Shown here piece by piece: positions 22,347 through 32,584 of a DNA stretch of 64,000 nucleotides (position 1 is the stretch's first letter; each line of letters begins with the position of its first letter). Source of the stretch: a virus. Location of the stretch: the IMG/VR virus record IMGVR_UViG_3300042868_011225, positions 43,007-107,006 of that record. One strand, written 5' to 3'. The notes under the pieces are model-generated. The model saw nothing but the letters and a program-made list of their open reading frames with translations, searched no databases and was not told the origin of the DNA. The position numbers were made by a program, and so were the translations under genes.

Positions 22347-23818
22347 TGAGATACCAAGAAAAAATATACGTACAAAACAACAATAGTGCTTTGAGAAACA
22401 GAAATGATGTTAATATTAACATGTCTTCTGATATCTGTGTATTTAATGCACCTTTGTTTAATGTAAGTGGTGCAACTAAAATAAATTGTACTGGTTCAAC
22501 TACTGGTGGTACGTATGTAATAAGTACAGCTACTACAATACCTTTAAGTTTTGATTTTACGGGAAATACTAGTAGTTTTTTAACAACCAATGCAAAATTT
22601 AAATATGAAATTTATCCATATTTAGATTCAGTTAGTTCTTTTGATAACACACCAGTTTATAAGTCAGATAAGATAGAATATTCAACGTTTAGTGGTACAA
22701 ACAGCACAATACAAGACATACCAATAAGTGGTTTGTCTTTAGATGGTGAATACTTGATTAAAGCGTATTATGATTTTACTATTTGTACTGATTTTATCAG
22801 CAGACTTGGAAAAAATATCGATACATTATTTTATAAAACTGGTAATGAGTTTGGTTTATATGATGGAAATACTGATTATTATTTTAAAGCAATAAAACAA
22901 CCTGATAAACCTTTATTTTATCTTAATGGTACAAATAATCTACCATCAAATTCATTACAACAACAAACAATTTTAGGTAAAGAACCAGTGATTGAACTTG
23001 ATGAAGATGGTAATGCATTACCACCAAAACCATACAGAACATTTGCTATAAATGGTTATTCTGGTACTTTTGTTGTAACATTAAATGGTTTGGTGTTGGC
23101 ACCTATAGAAGACTACACTTTTTCAGGAACCGTAGTAACTCTTAATGATGATATTCTTCCTGACGATATAATTACAGTATTACATACTGCTAACGGTGAA
23201 GGAAATAGTTTAATGTCAGACAATATTTTTGTTAATGCACCAACAATAAGTGGTAATACGGGTAGTGAAGGTGAGAACAAATATTATTATAACAATGATT
23301 CTAATAAATTTGAAATATATACTAGTGTGGAACCTACTGACTTTAGTACAGTTATTGTAATGATTAATGGTGTAACACTTGCAAATCAAATCGATTATTA
23401 TCAATCTACTTCTAATAAAAAAAGACTTATATTGGAAGGTGATTTAGTTGTTGGTGATGTTATCACTATAGCATATTTTCCACAAGCTTCAGTAGTAAAC
23501 GGTATTGTATCAACTAACCCATTGGTAAGTTTTTCAATAGAAACACCACCACAAAAAGCGAATGGGTTATTTACGTTAGAAATTAGTGATACAGCATTGT
23601 TTGATAATACAGTATTTACTGCGTCAACTGATTATTTAATTGGAATAACAACATACGGAATTCCATTTAGTGTTAGTGGAAAAGTTGGGACTCAATTATA
23701 TTATAGAGTTAAAAATGAGAAAAATTACATAACATTTTGTGGTAATTCTATAAGTGCTGCAACATATAGCGATACTATACCAATAATTATTCAAACAAAT
23801 TCTATTAATAGTTATTAA
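22346..23818 (+). CDS. Putative tail fibre/baseplate protein with two V.NG..L....DY repeats
   Basis: VTLNGLVLAPIEDY...DDIITV and VMINGVTLANQIDY...GDVITI repeats, common in phage fibre proteins. Confidence 0.6.
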   Translation: MRYQEKIYVQNNNSALRNRNDVNINMSSDICVFNAPLFNVSGATKINCTGSTTGGTYVISTATTIPLSFDFTGNTSSFLTTNAKFKYEIYPYLDSVSSFDNTPVYKSDKIEYSTFSGTNSTIQDIPISGLSLDGEYLIKAYYDFTICTDFISRLGKNIDTLFYKTGNEFGLYDGNTDYYFKAIKQPDKPLFYLNGTNNLPSNSLQQQTILGKEPVIELDEDGNALPPKPYRTFAINGYSGTFVVTLNGLVLAPIEDYTFSGTVVTLNDDILPDDIITVLHTANGEGNSLMSDNIFVNAPTISGNTGSEGENKYYYNNDSNKFEIYTSVEPTDFSTVIVMINGVTLANQIDYYQSTSNKKRLILEGDLVVGDVITIAYFPQASVVNGIVSTNPLVSFSIETPPQKANGLFTLEISDTALFDNTVFTASTDYLIGITTYGIPFSVSGKVGTQLYYRVKNEKNYITFCGNSISAATYSDTIPIIIQTNSINSY

Positions 23819-23874
23819 TATTATTTACTATTGTATATTTATTATTAAAATAAAGATAAAACATATTTATAAAC

Positions 23875-26013
23875 ATGAGTTACATTATAAACAGCACAAA
23901 CCCTTTTGTTAGTATAAAACTAACAGAAATTGGTAGACAACTATTAGCATCAGGACAGCTAAATTTTTCTTTTTATGGAATTGGAGATTCCGAAATAAAT
24001 TACGCTAGGGAATCTATCGTTGATGCTAACCCTACTAGTCCAATATTATCAGCAACAACTAGAGTACTTAGACCATTTGACCAACAACCAAATTTAAAAT
24101 ATTTCATTACTCCTAGTAATGATTTAACACCTTATAGACCTTTAACAAATGCTGATAAACACGTAATCAAAGCAGTTGTAAACAATCAAGCAAAAGAAAG
24201 AGGGTTTTTTGATAGTTATGGTGGAACATATAAAACACTTACTGGTGCTACGTATACACCGTATGTTCAAACATTATTTAATACCAAATTAACTGGTGGA
24301 ACTACATTAGATTTAAGTGCAACTACAGCATTTTCTGTGGGTGATTTAATCCTACTTAAAGTTACCAATACAAAATTAGGTAATATAGCTTCCGATGAAT
24401 CAACAAAGGCAATACCTAATTTATGGTTTAAAATTCAAGATAAAACAGCTACAAACGTAACTCTAGATAGAAAATTACCTAATTATTCAGCTCAAACAGT
24501 TACATCACAAGTTATTGTTTACAAGGGTGGTGAAGTTTATAACACGATAGCAACAGGTAACACTACAGCTTATTGGGATACAGGTACTCTTTCATTCCAA
24601 GCCAACGATAATATAACATGTCACGATATTCCAGTTTGGAATATGAATAATGTATGGAGAGAAAACCCAGCAGGTATTAGTGATTTAGTTACCTACGAAG
24701 ATTTTACTAAATTTGGTTCTTATCCGTTTTTAGGTTTTATGTATCCTTACAGTGAATATCTTCCAGACGTATCAGATGATACAACAACAAATTATTGCAA
24801 CACCAACGGTGTTAGTTATTTAGATGGTGTTAAAAAATCTATATCTATTGTTCATTTTACAAACAATAGCATATCTAACTTATATGGTGAATATTTATAC
24901 ATTGATGCAACTAAAAACAAACAAGTTGAAGTATTTTTACCAGAATTGATGTACCATAGAAGAAATTACAGAACAGCTAGTGGAACAACTATGGGTATGA
25001 AATTTATTGCTTCAGGACGTACAAAAACAATAGGAACTAGTAGTATTCAATACATCGATTTATTGGAAGATTCTACTATGATATCTTCAGGGTTAACTGC
25101 TACATCAGTTGGAAAGGTTTTCCCACAATTAAAATTAATAGTATTTGATAATGATGAAATTGTTTCTGCATTATCATATAAATCAAATAGAAACTGGACA
25201 CTTCCAGAATTGTCAGCTAATTTATCAGCCCCAAGTGGTGGAACTTCAACAGGTGTATTAAATGTTAACGAAACAATGTACTTAACATATAGTTTAGAAA
25301 ATATTAACAGCGTAAGTGGTTTAACTACTAGTATTCCATGTCAATCATATGTTAAAATTACCAATTTAACATCAGGACCTAAAGATATCGATTTTAGATT
25401 AATAGGTACAGATTTATTGCCGTATATGCGTAAAATTGAATCGGCTAATTATGATGGATACGGTTTCCATGCACGTAATTTTAAATTGGTTTACCAAAAA
25501 GTTTCTGACCCTTCGATTAGACCAGCTACAAATGCTTGGAAAACTTTTAATTTTACATCTACCGCAATAACTGGTGTTGCTGGTCAAACAATTGACCCTA
25601 AATTATTAGAAAATCAAACACCAGTAGTTAATGGCTTTGTTTTAAATAAAATAAATGATGCGTTAGCAACTACATTCGATATTACAGCATCGATGTCAAT
25701 GGCACCAAATGTTGATTCTAGTATCTTACAATTTGGTGATGAAAGATTATTCTACGGAAATATAAACACTTATATTGGTGCTACAATTTACAAAACGATA
25801 TTTGATATCAGTGTAGATTCTGGTTTATACAACGCCACATCCAATCCAACTAGAAGCAAAGATGCGGCAACAAATCCAGCTAACATTAAAATAAGTGAAG
25901 TTGGTATTTACGATACAAATAAAAATCTTGTATGTATCGGAAAACTTAGCAATCCAGTTGCTTTATTACCTGGAAGTAGTACAATAATGTTAGAATTAAG
26001 CATGGACTTTTAA
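23875..26013 (+). CDS. Tail-collar/fibre-attachment-like structural protein
   Basis: N-terminal KLTEIGRQLLA and C-terminal ISEVGIYD..KNLVCIGKL motifs. Confidence 0.65.
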   Translation: MSYIINSTNPFVSIKLTEIGRQLLASGQLNFSFYGIGDSEINYARESIVDANPTSPILSATTRVLRPFDQQPNLKYFITPSNDLTPYRPLTNADKHVIKAVVNNQAKERGFFDSYGGTYKTLTGATYTPYVQTLFNTKLTGGTTLDLSATTAFSVGDLILLKVTNTKLGNIASDESTKAIPNLWFKIQDKTATNVTLDRKLPNYSAQTVTSQVIVYKGGEVYNTIATGNTTAYWDTGTLSFQANDNITCHDIPVWNMNNVWRENPAGISDLVTYEDFTKFGSYPFLGFMYPYSEYLPDVSDDTTTNYCNTNGVSYLDGVKKSISIVHFTNNSISNLYGEYLYIDATKNKQVEVFLPELMYHRRNYRTASGTTMGMKFIASGRTKTIGTSSIQYIDLLEDSTMISSGLTATSVGKVFPQLKLIVFDNDEIVSALSYKSNRNWTLPELSANLSAPSGGTSTGVLNVNETMYLTYSLENINSVSGLTTSIPCQSYVKITNLTSGPKDIDFRLIGTDLLPYMRKIESANYDGYGFHARNFKLVYQKVSDPSIRPATNAWKTFNFTSTAITGVAGQTIDPKLLENQTPVVNGFVLNKINDALATTFDITASMSMAPNVDSSILQFGDERLFYGNINTYIGATIYKTIFDISVDSGLYNATSNPTRSKDAATNPANIKISEVGIYDTNKNLVCIGKLSNPVALLPGSSTIMLELSMDF

Positions 26014-26014
26014 T

Positions 26015-27223
26015 ATGGGATTTAATAACACAACACCGTCAATTAACTTAGTAGCTAAGTTAACACCTTTAGGTAGAAAAAGATTAGTTTCTACCAATAA
26101 TGCTTTAATAACATCATTTAGTCTTGGAGATTCAGATGCCAATTATAATGCAGCATTTTCTTTGAGTAGTGGAGATATTCCAGCATTGGCTGGTAATATT
26201 GGGCCAATGAATTCAATTGGTAATGGAGTTACAGATAATGTATATTTAAAAAGTTTACTTTATGTAAATAGAAATGGTATTACGAAAAAAAGTGTTGAAA
26301 AACAATCTTCAACTGTTGTAACTGAAATGATATCTAATGGTTTTACTACTGTTAGTGGTTCAAATATAACTAGGTTGGTTATTGATAGAAATACTTTTAG
26401 TACAAATAACCTAGTTAATTTATATTATTCTTTTGGATTACCTTTAAATTCAAACGCTGATAACACATATACAGCTACAACTAACACTAATGGTGGTTAT
26501 AGTGACACTGCGTTTAGCGGCTTAGCGGCTACCAACATTGCAGTTTTTGGAATTAACAATGCAACATACGGTGAAGTTATAGATGGTAAAAGTATTAAAA
26601 TGGTTGTACCAACAACAGGTGGTACTTATACGATTTATAGTACATTCCAAAATAAAAATATCCCATTAACTACTGAAGATGCTAATTATTATGATAAATC
26701 AGTTAATGCTCAAGTAATTGAAACCAACGTAGCGTTTTTATTTTCTGATGATATTAAAAAACCTAATGGTAATCCAACATCATCATGGGGAACTGGATGG
26801 AATACAAATAAACCATTTAGTCTTAACGGAAAATCATTATTTAATTTCCAAACCAATAGCAACTTGGCTCTTACGGCTGATACTATTGTTGGCGTTGCTT
26901 ATTTAGATAAAGGTATTATCGTATTAACGCACCCAACAATTATTAACAACATGGGTGTATTAAGTACTGGTGCTACAACTGCTAGTACAATAACTTTTAA
27001 TAGTGTATCAACAGATATTTATCAAAACGTTACATGTATTGCTGATAGAGGTGAATTTGGTACGTCAACAAATTCAACAATAGGTTCTACTGATAGCCCT
27101 AGAATTAGTGAAGTTGGGTTATACGATGATTTAGGTAATCTTATTGCGGTGGCTAAAACTGACCGTCATATTGTTAAAAATGTTAATGAATTTATTGCGT
27201 TAGGCATAAAAATTAGTTTATAG
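26015..27223 (+). CDS. Tail-collar/fibre-attachment-like structural protein (paralog of the upstream gene)
   Basis: KLTPLGRKRL...LGDSD.NY start and ISEVGLYD..GNLIAVAK end. Confidence 0.65.
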   Translation: MGFNNTTPSINLVAKLTPLGRKRLVSTNNALITSFSLGDSDANYNAAFSLSSGDIPALAGNIGPMNSIGNGVTDNVYLKSLLYVNRNGITKKSVEKQSSTVVTEMISNGFTTVSGSNITRLVIDRNTFSTNNLVNLYYSFGLPLNSNADNTYTATTNTNGGYSDTAFSGLAATNIAVFGINNATYGEVIDGKSIKMVVPTTGGTYTIYSTFQNKNIPLTTEDANYYDKSVNAQVIETNVAFLFSDDIKKPNGNPTSSWGTGWNTNKPFSLNGKSLFNFQTNSNLALTADTIVGVAYLDKGIIVLTHPTIINNMGVLSTGATTASTITFNSVSTDIYQNVTCIADRGEFGTSTNSTIGSTDSPRISEVGLYDDLGNLIAVAKTDRHIVKNVNEFIALGIKISL

Positions 27224-27270
27224 TATTTATTTTTTAGAATTCTGGTTTAGATTTATATAAAAATTTTTAT

Positions 27271-27909
27271 ATGAAGAAAGAACCAGAATTTTTATTAGCA
27301 TTAGACGTATCTACATCTACTATTGGTATTGCATTATTTGAAGATGATGGGACCAAAGGTGTTTTAAAATTACTTCACCATGTTAGTCCTAAAGTAAAAC
27401 CACTTCCAACTAGTAAGATGGAAGAATTATTCCGCAAGGTAGAAATTTTTGAAGAAGAATTTCTTAAAAACTACGCAAATTTTAATATCACTACTGTTGT
27501 AATTGAAGAACCTCTTTTACAATCAAATAACGTTTATACAATCGCAACCCTTTTACGATTTAATGGAATGATATCTAAATCAGTCTATGACACCCTAGGG
27601 GTCGTTCCTAGCTTCATTTCTTCATATGATGCTCGTAAGTATGCTTTTCCAGATTTGATGGCTGTAAGGACCTTTAAAAAGGATGGAACAGAATTAGATG
27701 CAAAAGCAATAGCTAAAAATTCACCAGTTCTTTTTGGAGCACATCCATTTGATGTTGATAAAAAATATGTTCTTTGGGAAAAAGTTGCTGAACTTGAACC
27801 ACAAATCACTTGGTTTTTTGATAAGAAAAACAAACTTAAAAAAGAAACATTTGATATGTCAGATGCCTATGTATGCGGCTTGGCATATTTTAATCAAAGA
27901 AACTTGTAA
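27271..27909 (+). CDS. RuvC-like Holliday junction resolvase
   Basis: LALDVS..IG, VVIEEP and D.SDA acidic catalytic motifs. Confidence 0.8.
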   Translation: MKKEPEFLLALDVSTSTIGIALFEDDGTKGVLKLLHHVSPKVKPLPTSKMEELFRKVEIFEEEFLKNYANFNITTVVIEEPLLQSNNVYTIATLLRFNGMISKSVYDTLGVVPSFISSYDARKYAFPDLMAVRTFKKDGTELDAKAIAKNSPVLFGAHPFDVDKKYVLWEKVAELEPQITWFFDKKNKLKKETFDMSDAYVCGLAYFNQRNL

Positions 27910-27927
27910 ATATAAAATAATTATTCG

Positions 27928-27935
27928 TACCTTTG
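27928..27935 (+). promoter_or_regulatory. Bacteroidota-type sigma70 -7 element (TAnnTTTG); first of about ten copies
   Basis: TAccTTTG here; also at 28927, 34947, 46753, 47411, 52455, 53994, 54974, 56762 and 61230, each just upstream of a gene or RNA and usually with a TTG about 20-25 nt upstream. Confidence 0.8.
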
Positions 27936-27939
27936 CGGA

Positions 27940-28896
27940 ATGAGTAGTTTATTAGTTAACATATTAGAGTCATTTTTAGGTGACCACAGAAAACACAATG
28001 AAGACACAGGACAAATAGCGTTTGATTGTCCTGTGTGTTCTGCTGAAAAAAACTTACCAGATGGTGATGGAAAAGGAAACCTAGAAATAAACTATAATAG
28101 AAATATGTTTAAGTGTTGGGCTTGTCCTGATACCAACCACATGCATGGCCCAGTAGTTAAGCTACTTAAAAAACATGCAACACCCAAAAACCTTAGAGAT
28201 TATTTACTGGTAAAGCCAGATGCTGACGTTATGCTTAATAGTGAACGTGAAGAAATAATCGTTACTCTACCAGAAGGTTATCAAAAATTATCAGAATGTA
28301 CTGGAAAAGAGTATAACTACTATGCCGCTATAAATTATTTGAGAAGCAGAAAAATCAATGATTCTATTATTAAAGAATTTGATATTGGGTTTACAACCAA
28401 AGGACCTTTTTATAACAGAATAATAATACCATCTTATGACATTGAGGGTAAATTAAATTATTTTATTGCTAGATGGTTTCCTAAAGAATATAATAAGTTA
28501 AAGTATATCAACCCTACCGCTGAAAAACAAGAAATTATCTTTAATGAAGGTAAAGTTAATTGGGATGCAACAATTTATATTGTGGAAGGTGTTACCGACC
28601 ATATTGTTACACCAAATTCAATCCCATTGCTAGGTAAATTCATATCAAATAAATTAATTGAACAACTACATGACAATGCACAAGGTCTTATCGTGATACT
28701 ACTTGATGGTGATGCTTATGAAGATGCTAAAATACTCTACAGAAAATTAAGCTTCGGTGATTTGATGGGTAGAATTCGTATTTGCGTACCACCAGATGAC
28801 TATGACCCATCAAAGATATTTGAAAAATTAGGTAACGGAGGTATTGTGAAATTACTAAAAAGTGCACATAAATTAGGTCCTATGGATTTTTATTAA
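27940..28896 (+). CDS. DNA primase (DnaG/gp61-like)
   Basis: Zn finger CPVC...CWAC, RIIIP, Toprim IVEG..D and LDGDA. Confidence 0.9.
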   Translation: MSSLLVNILESFLGDHRKHNEDTGQIAFDCPVCSAEKNLPDGDGKGNLEINYNRNMFKCWACPDTNHMHGPVVKLLKKHATPKNLRDYLLVKPDADVMLNSEREEIIVTLPEGYQKLSECTGKEYNYYAAINYLRSRKINDSIIKEFDIGFTTKGPFYNRIIIPSYDIEGKLNYFIARWFPKEYNKLKYINPTAEKQEIIFNEGKVNWDATIYIVEGVTDHIVTPNSIPLLGKFISNKLIEQLHDNAQGLIVILLDGDAYEDAKILYRKLSFGDLMGRIRICVPPDDYDPSKIFEKLGNGGIVKLLKSAHKLGPMDFY

Positions 28897-28946
28897 AATT
28901 ATGTTGTTATGTTGGTAATTATTTAGTAAGTTTGCAAGAAAAATTT

Positions 28947-29729
28947 ATGAGTTTAGCGAAATTATGGGAAGGCCCAGTCTATTTAGAGCCTATTGAACAC
29001 AAATACCATCATAGAGTTACTGGTAAGATATATAAATCAGTAACTACCACATTATCATCTATTGAACCACACTTTGATTCAGAAGCTGTGTCTGCGGCTA
29101 TTGCCCAGCAACAAGATATTAACAAACAAGAACGATATATCGGTTTAACACAACAAGAAATACTAGATTATTGGCAAATGCTTAATGATGAAGCCAATAT
29201 TTACGGTACTATGGTGCACGATATTGTTGAACGTTATTTATTGGCTAATAAATGGTATTTTCCAGCCGACAATGAAGAAGGTCAATTTGAACAAAAAGTA
29301 ATTGATGGTTATAATTCCTTGGAAATTGATGAAGGTATTGCTGTATGGCCAGAACGTATTCTTTTTTCTGAAGAATATGAATTGGCTGGTATGTCGGATT
29401 TAATTATCGATATCGATGATGTTTATTTCGATGTTCTTGACCACAAAACCAATAGAGTATTCAATTTCTTTAATCCTTATGGATATGAGACACTACACAA
29501 ACCATTTGACCACTTACAATCGTGTCAATGGTCGATATACACGCTACAATTAAGTGTTTATGCTTATATGTACGAATTAGAGTTTCCAAAGCGTAAATGT
29601 CGTCAAATCGTCATTTTATATTGGGATAAAGTAAAAGAATCATTCGAAAAGATTCATGTAATGTATTTGAAACATGAAGCTAAAAAGCTAATTGAAATGC
29701 ATCACTATAACATAATGAAAAATAAATAA
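28947..29729 (+). CDS. PD-(D/E)XK exonuclease (Cas4/RecB-like)
   Basis: SVTT, GTMVH, E.ILF..., AG.SDL, DHKT and Y.LQLSVYA motifs; start moved to the ATG at 28947. Confidence 0.85.
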   Translation: MSLAKLWEGPVYLEPIEHKYHHRVTGKIYKSVTTTLSSIEPHFDSEAVSAAIAQQQDINKQERYIGLTQQEILDYWQMLNDEANIYGTMVHDIVERYLLANKWYFPADNEEGQFEQKVIDGYNSLEIDEGIAVWPERILFSEEYELAGMSDLIIDIDDVYFDVLDHKTNRVFNFFNPYGYETLHKPFDHLQSCQWSIYTLQLSVYAYMYELEFPKRKCRQIVILYWDKVKESFEKIHVMYLKHEAKKLIEMHHYNIMKNK

Positions 29730-29735
29730 ATAAAT

Positions 29736-31115
29736 ATGAACGAACAATTTTTAGTATTACCAGAACTGGTCAAAGAACAACAAATTGCAAAGGTGGTTAC
29801 TAGTAATGTTGAGCCAGATGTCTCAATGTTAAATGAGGAACAAAAAGAGATATTTGATAAAATTACCAATATTCCATTGCGTACTTTTTCTCAAAGTCTT
29901 TTAACTGGTTATTCAGGAACTGGTAAAACCTTTTTAGTAACAAAAATAATTGAAGCTATTCTTTACAAAAACAAAAGCATTAGAATAGCGATTACTGCAC
30001 CAACCAATAAAGCGGTGAGAGTATTAAAAAACCTATCTTCAATTTGTGAAACACACTCTAGAGTAGAGTTTAATACGCTTCACTCATTGCTTGGGTTAAA
30101 AAGAGTAATAACTCATGAAGGTAAAGAAGAATACAAAGCAGAATTTGGTGGTGGGACTATTGACGAGTTTGATGTTGTTTTGGTGGATGAAGTATCGATG
30201 TTAGACAATGAATTATATGAACAATTATTAGATAGTTCACAATACAACAAAATTGTATTGTTATTCATTGGTGATAGAGGGCAAATACCACCAGTAAACG
30301 GTGGTGAATCTAGATTATTTACTGAAGAATTGGAAAATAATTTTAATTTAACCAAAATCATTAGACAAGCTGGTAATAACCCAATTATTCAAATTGCACA
30401 GAAAATTAGAACCAACGAAGAGATTAAAGAAGAAACTTTAGTTGATGAGGAGAATAATGGTGTTATCTTTTTGAAGATAAATACCGAAATGCCATTATTA
30501 GAGAAGTATTTTAAATCAGAAAACTTTAATAAAAACCCTAACTTTGTTAAGGTCTTAGCGTGGACCAACAAAGCTGTTGATTATTACAATGATAAAATCA
30601 GAGCAATGATTTATGGTGATAAATGTGGTATTTTAAATATTGGTGAAAAAATGGTTTGCAACAAACCAATCACGGATAGTAAAAAAAGAGTTTTATTGAA
30701 CAACAATGATGAGTTTGAGGTTCTTTCATATGAAATGAAAACTGAAACAACTGGTTTTAGATTTTCATACTATGCTGTTAAAGTTTTATCGAATGGTACG
30801 ACACATGTAATAAAATTACTGGCAGAAAAATCTGAAAATGCTTACCAAAAAGAATTAAAAATATTAAAAGATAAAGCAGCTAAAGCACCACCAATGTTAA
30901 GAAGAAATGCGTGGGTTAAGTACTTCAATTTATTGGGTAAATACGCTGATGTGAAATATAACTATGCTTTAACGGTTCATAAATCGCAAGGTAGTACATT
31001 TGATAATGCTATCGTAATCAATTGCGATATCAAACGTATTATGGACAAAAAAGAAAGAAATAAGCTTTTGTATACAGCTGTAACTAGAGCAAAAAATAAA
31101 TTATTTGTAATATAA
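29736..31115 (+). CDS. Dda/RecD-like SF1B helicase
   Basis: GYSGTGKT, APTNKA, DEVSM, GD..QIPPV, YALTVHKSQGST, LYTAVTRA. Confidence 0.95.
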   Translation: MNEQFLVLPELVKEQQIAKVVTSNVEPDVSMLNEEQKEIFDKITNIPLRTFSQSLLTGYSGTGKTFLVTKIIEAILYKNKSIRIAITAPTNKAVRVLKNLSSICETHSRVEFNTLHSLLGLKRVITHEGKEEYKAEFGGGTIDEFDVVLVDEVSMLDNELYEQLLDSSQYNKIVLLFIGDRGQIPPVNGGESRLFTEELENNFNLTKIIRQAGNNPIIQIAQKIRTNEEIKEETLVDEENNGVIFLKINTEMPLLEKYFKSENFNKNPNFVKVLAWTNKAVDYYNDKIRAMIYGDKCGILNIGEKMVCNKPITDSKKRVLLNNNDEFEVLSYEMKTETTGFRFSYYAVKVLSNGTTHVIKLLAEKSENAYQKELKILKDKAAKAPPMLRRNAWVKYFNLLGKYADVKYNYALTVHKSQGSTFDNAIVINCDIKRIMDKKERNKLLYTAVTRAKNKLFVI

Positions 31116-31927
31116 TGATAAAAAAAGTAGTACATATAGCCGATATCCATATCAGAACAATGAGGCTTCATGATGAATACAAAACTGTATTCATCAAGTT
31201 GTTTTCAGACCTAACTGATTTGTTAGCTGATTATAAAAGAGAAGAAGTGAGAATAGTTGTTGCTGGTGACCTTGTTCATCAAAAAATTGTTATTTCTAAC
31301 GAACAATTATTGTTAGGGACATGGTTTCTACGTAAACTAGAAGAATTTGGTTCTGTGGTTGTTATTGCAGGTAATCATGACCTTTTAGAGAACAACAAAG
31401 ACCGTATGGATTCGATTACTCCAATGGTTCAGTTCTTGCCAGATAAAGAAATAAATTATTTCAAGGAATCTAAGTGTTATTTGGATGATAATATCGTATG
31501 GTGTGTTTATTCAATCTTTGAAGAAAACAAAAGACCAGATATTGAAGCGGCCAGAGCACAATTTGGTGATGATAAGTCATATGTTGGGTTATATCACGCT
31601 GCCCTTATGAATGCTAAGACAGATATTGGGTATGAGATTGACCACGGAGCTGGGTTAGAGATATTTGAAGGGTGTGATATGGTAATGCTTGGTGATATTC
31701 ACAAAAGACAAACATTTAATCATAAAGGTACGGTAATTGCGTACCCAAGTTCATTGATTCAACAAAACTTTGGTGAGAATGTTACCAAACATGGTTTTTT
31801 ACTATGGGATATTGAAACTAAAACATTTACAGAACATGATGTTGAAAATAACTCACCGTTCTATCAATTTAAAATAAAATCCCTCGAAGATTTAGATGAA
31901 GGGAAAGAAGTAATAACAAATTTATAA
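31115..31927 (+). CDS. SbcD/Mre11-like metallophosphoesterase nuclease (gp47-like)
   Basis: HIADIH, AGD, GNHD and LGDIH motifs; lies upstream of SbcC. Confidence 0.9.
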   Translation: MIKKVVHIADIHIRTMRLHDEYKTVFIKLFSDLTDLLADYKREEVRIVVAGDLVHQKIVISNEQLLLGTWFLRKLEEFGSVVVIAGNHDLLENNKDRMDSITPMVQFLPDKEINYFKESKCYLDDNIVWCVYSIFEENKRPDIEAARAQFGDDKSYVGLYHAALMNAKTDIGYEIDHGAGLEIFEGCDMVMLGDIHKRQTFNHKGTVIAYPSSLIQQNFGENVTKHGFLLWDIETKTFTEHDVENNSPFYQFKIKSLEDLDEGKEVITNL

Positions 31928-31929
31928 TT

Positions 31930-32187
31930 ATGACACTAGGAGAATTAAAAATATTCATAAATTCAATACCTGAAGATATGGACCATTTCGAAGCAGTAAA
32001 CGGTGAGTTTTGTTTAGATAAAGATGGAAACACATTCATTATGAAAAATAATTCAATAATGACTATTTATGTTGACCAGAAGAACAATGATGTACAATTC
32101 CTTCACCAAACAGATGAAGATGTTAAAAATATTTTGTTGAGTGATATGGAACCATTAAACCTTGAAGAACATGGAGATACCGAGTAA
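31930..32187 (+). CDS. Hypothetical protein
   Basis: 85 aa ORF coupled in the operon. Confidence 0.65.
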   Translation: MTLGELKIFINSIPEDMDHFEAVNGEFCLDKDGNTFIMKNNSIMTIYVDQKNNDVQFLHQTDEDVKNILLSDMEPLNLEEHGDTE

Positions 32188-32584
32188 AATACAAGATGAG
32201 ATTTGGGATTATTGCAGAGCCAATAAAATCACCAACATAGATGAATTTACAGTCACCTTAATCAAACAAGGTTTTACTGTAGAAAAATTTGGGGCAACAC
32301 CAAATATAATTGAAAAAGTTGTTGAGAAAATCGTTGAGGTTGAAAAGATTATCGAAGTTGAGAAGATTGTCGAAGTTGAAAAAGTGGTTGAAAAGAAGGT
32401 TATGGTTTCCGATAACAAAGGGAATAAAAAATTAACTGACGAGATTACTAGATTAACAAAATTGGATGAAAGCAACGTTGAAAAACTCAAGGTAGCCAAA
32501 GAAGAAAATGATATGTTAAACGCTAAGATAAAAGAGTTAACAGAAGAAAATAATAAAAAGAAAAGAGACATTTATGGCGAATAG
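32171..32584 (+). CDS. Coiled-coil protein with VEK(I/V) repeats
   Basis: IEKVVEKIVEVEKIIEVEKIVEVEKVVEK repeat; start moved to the ATG at 32171. Confidence 0.7.
   Translation: MEIPSKIQDEIWDYCRANKITNIDEFTVTLIKQGFTVEKFGATPNIIEKVVEKIVEVEKIIEVEKIVEVEKVVEKKVMVSDNKGNKKLTDEITRLTKLDESNVEKLKVAKEENDMLNAKIKELTEENNKKKRDIYGE

Noticed and set aside
28947-29729. Cas4 as evidence of a CRISPR-Cas system
   Set aside because: It is a stand-alone PD-(D/E)XK nuclease inside a replication module, with no four-Cys Fe-S cluster pattern and no array.
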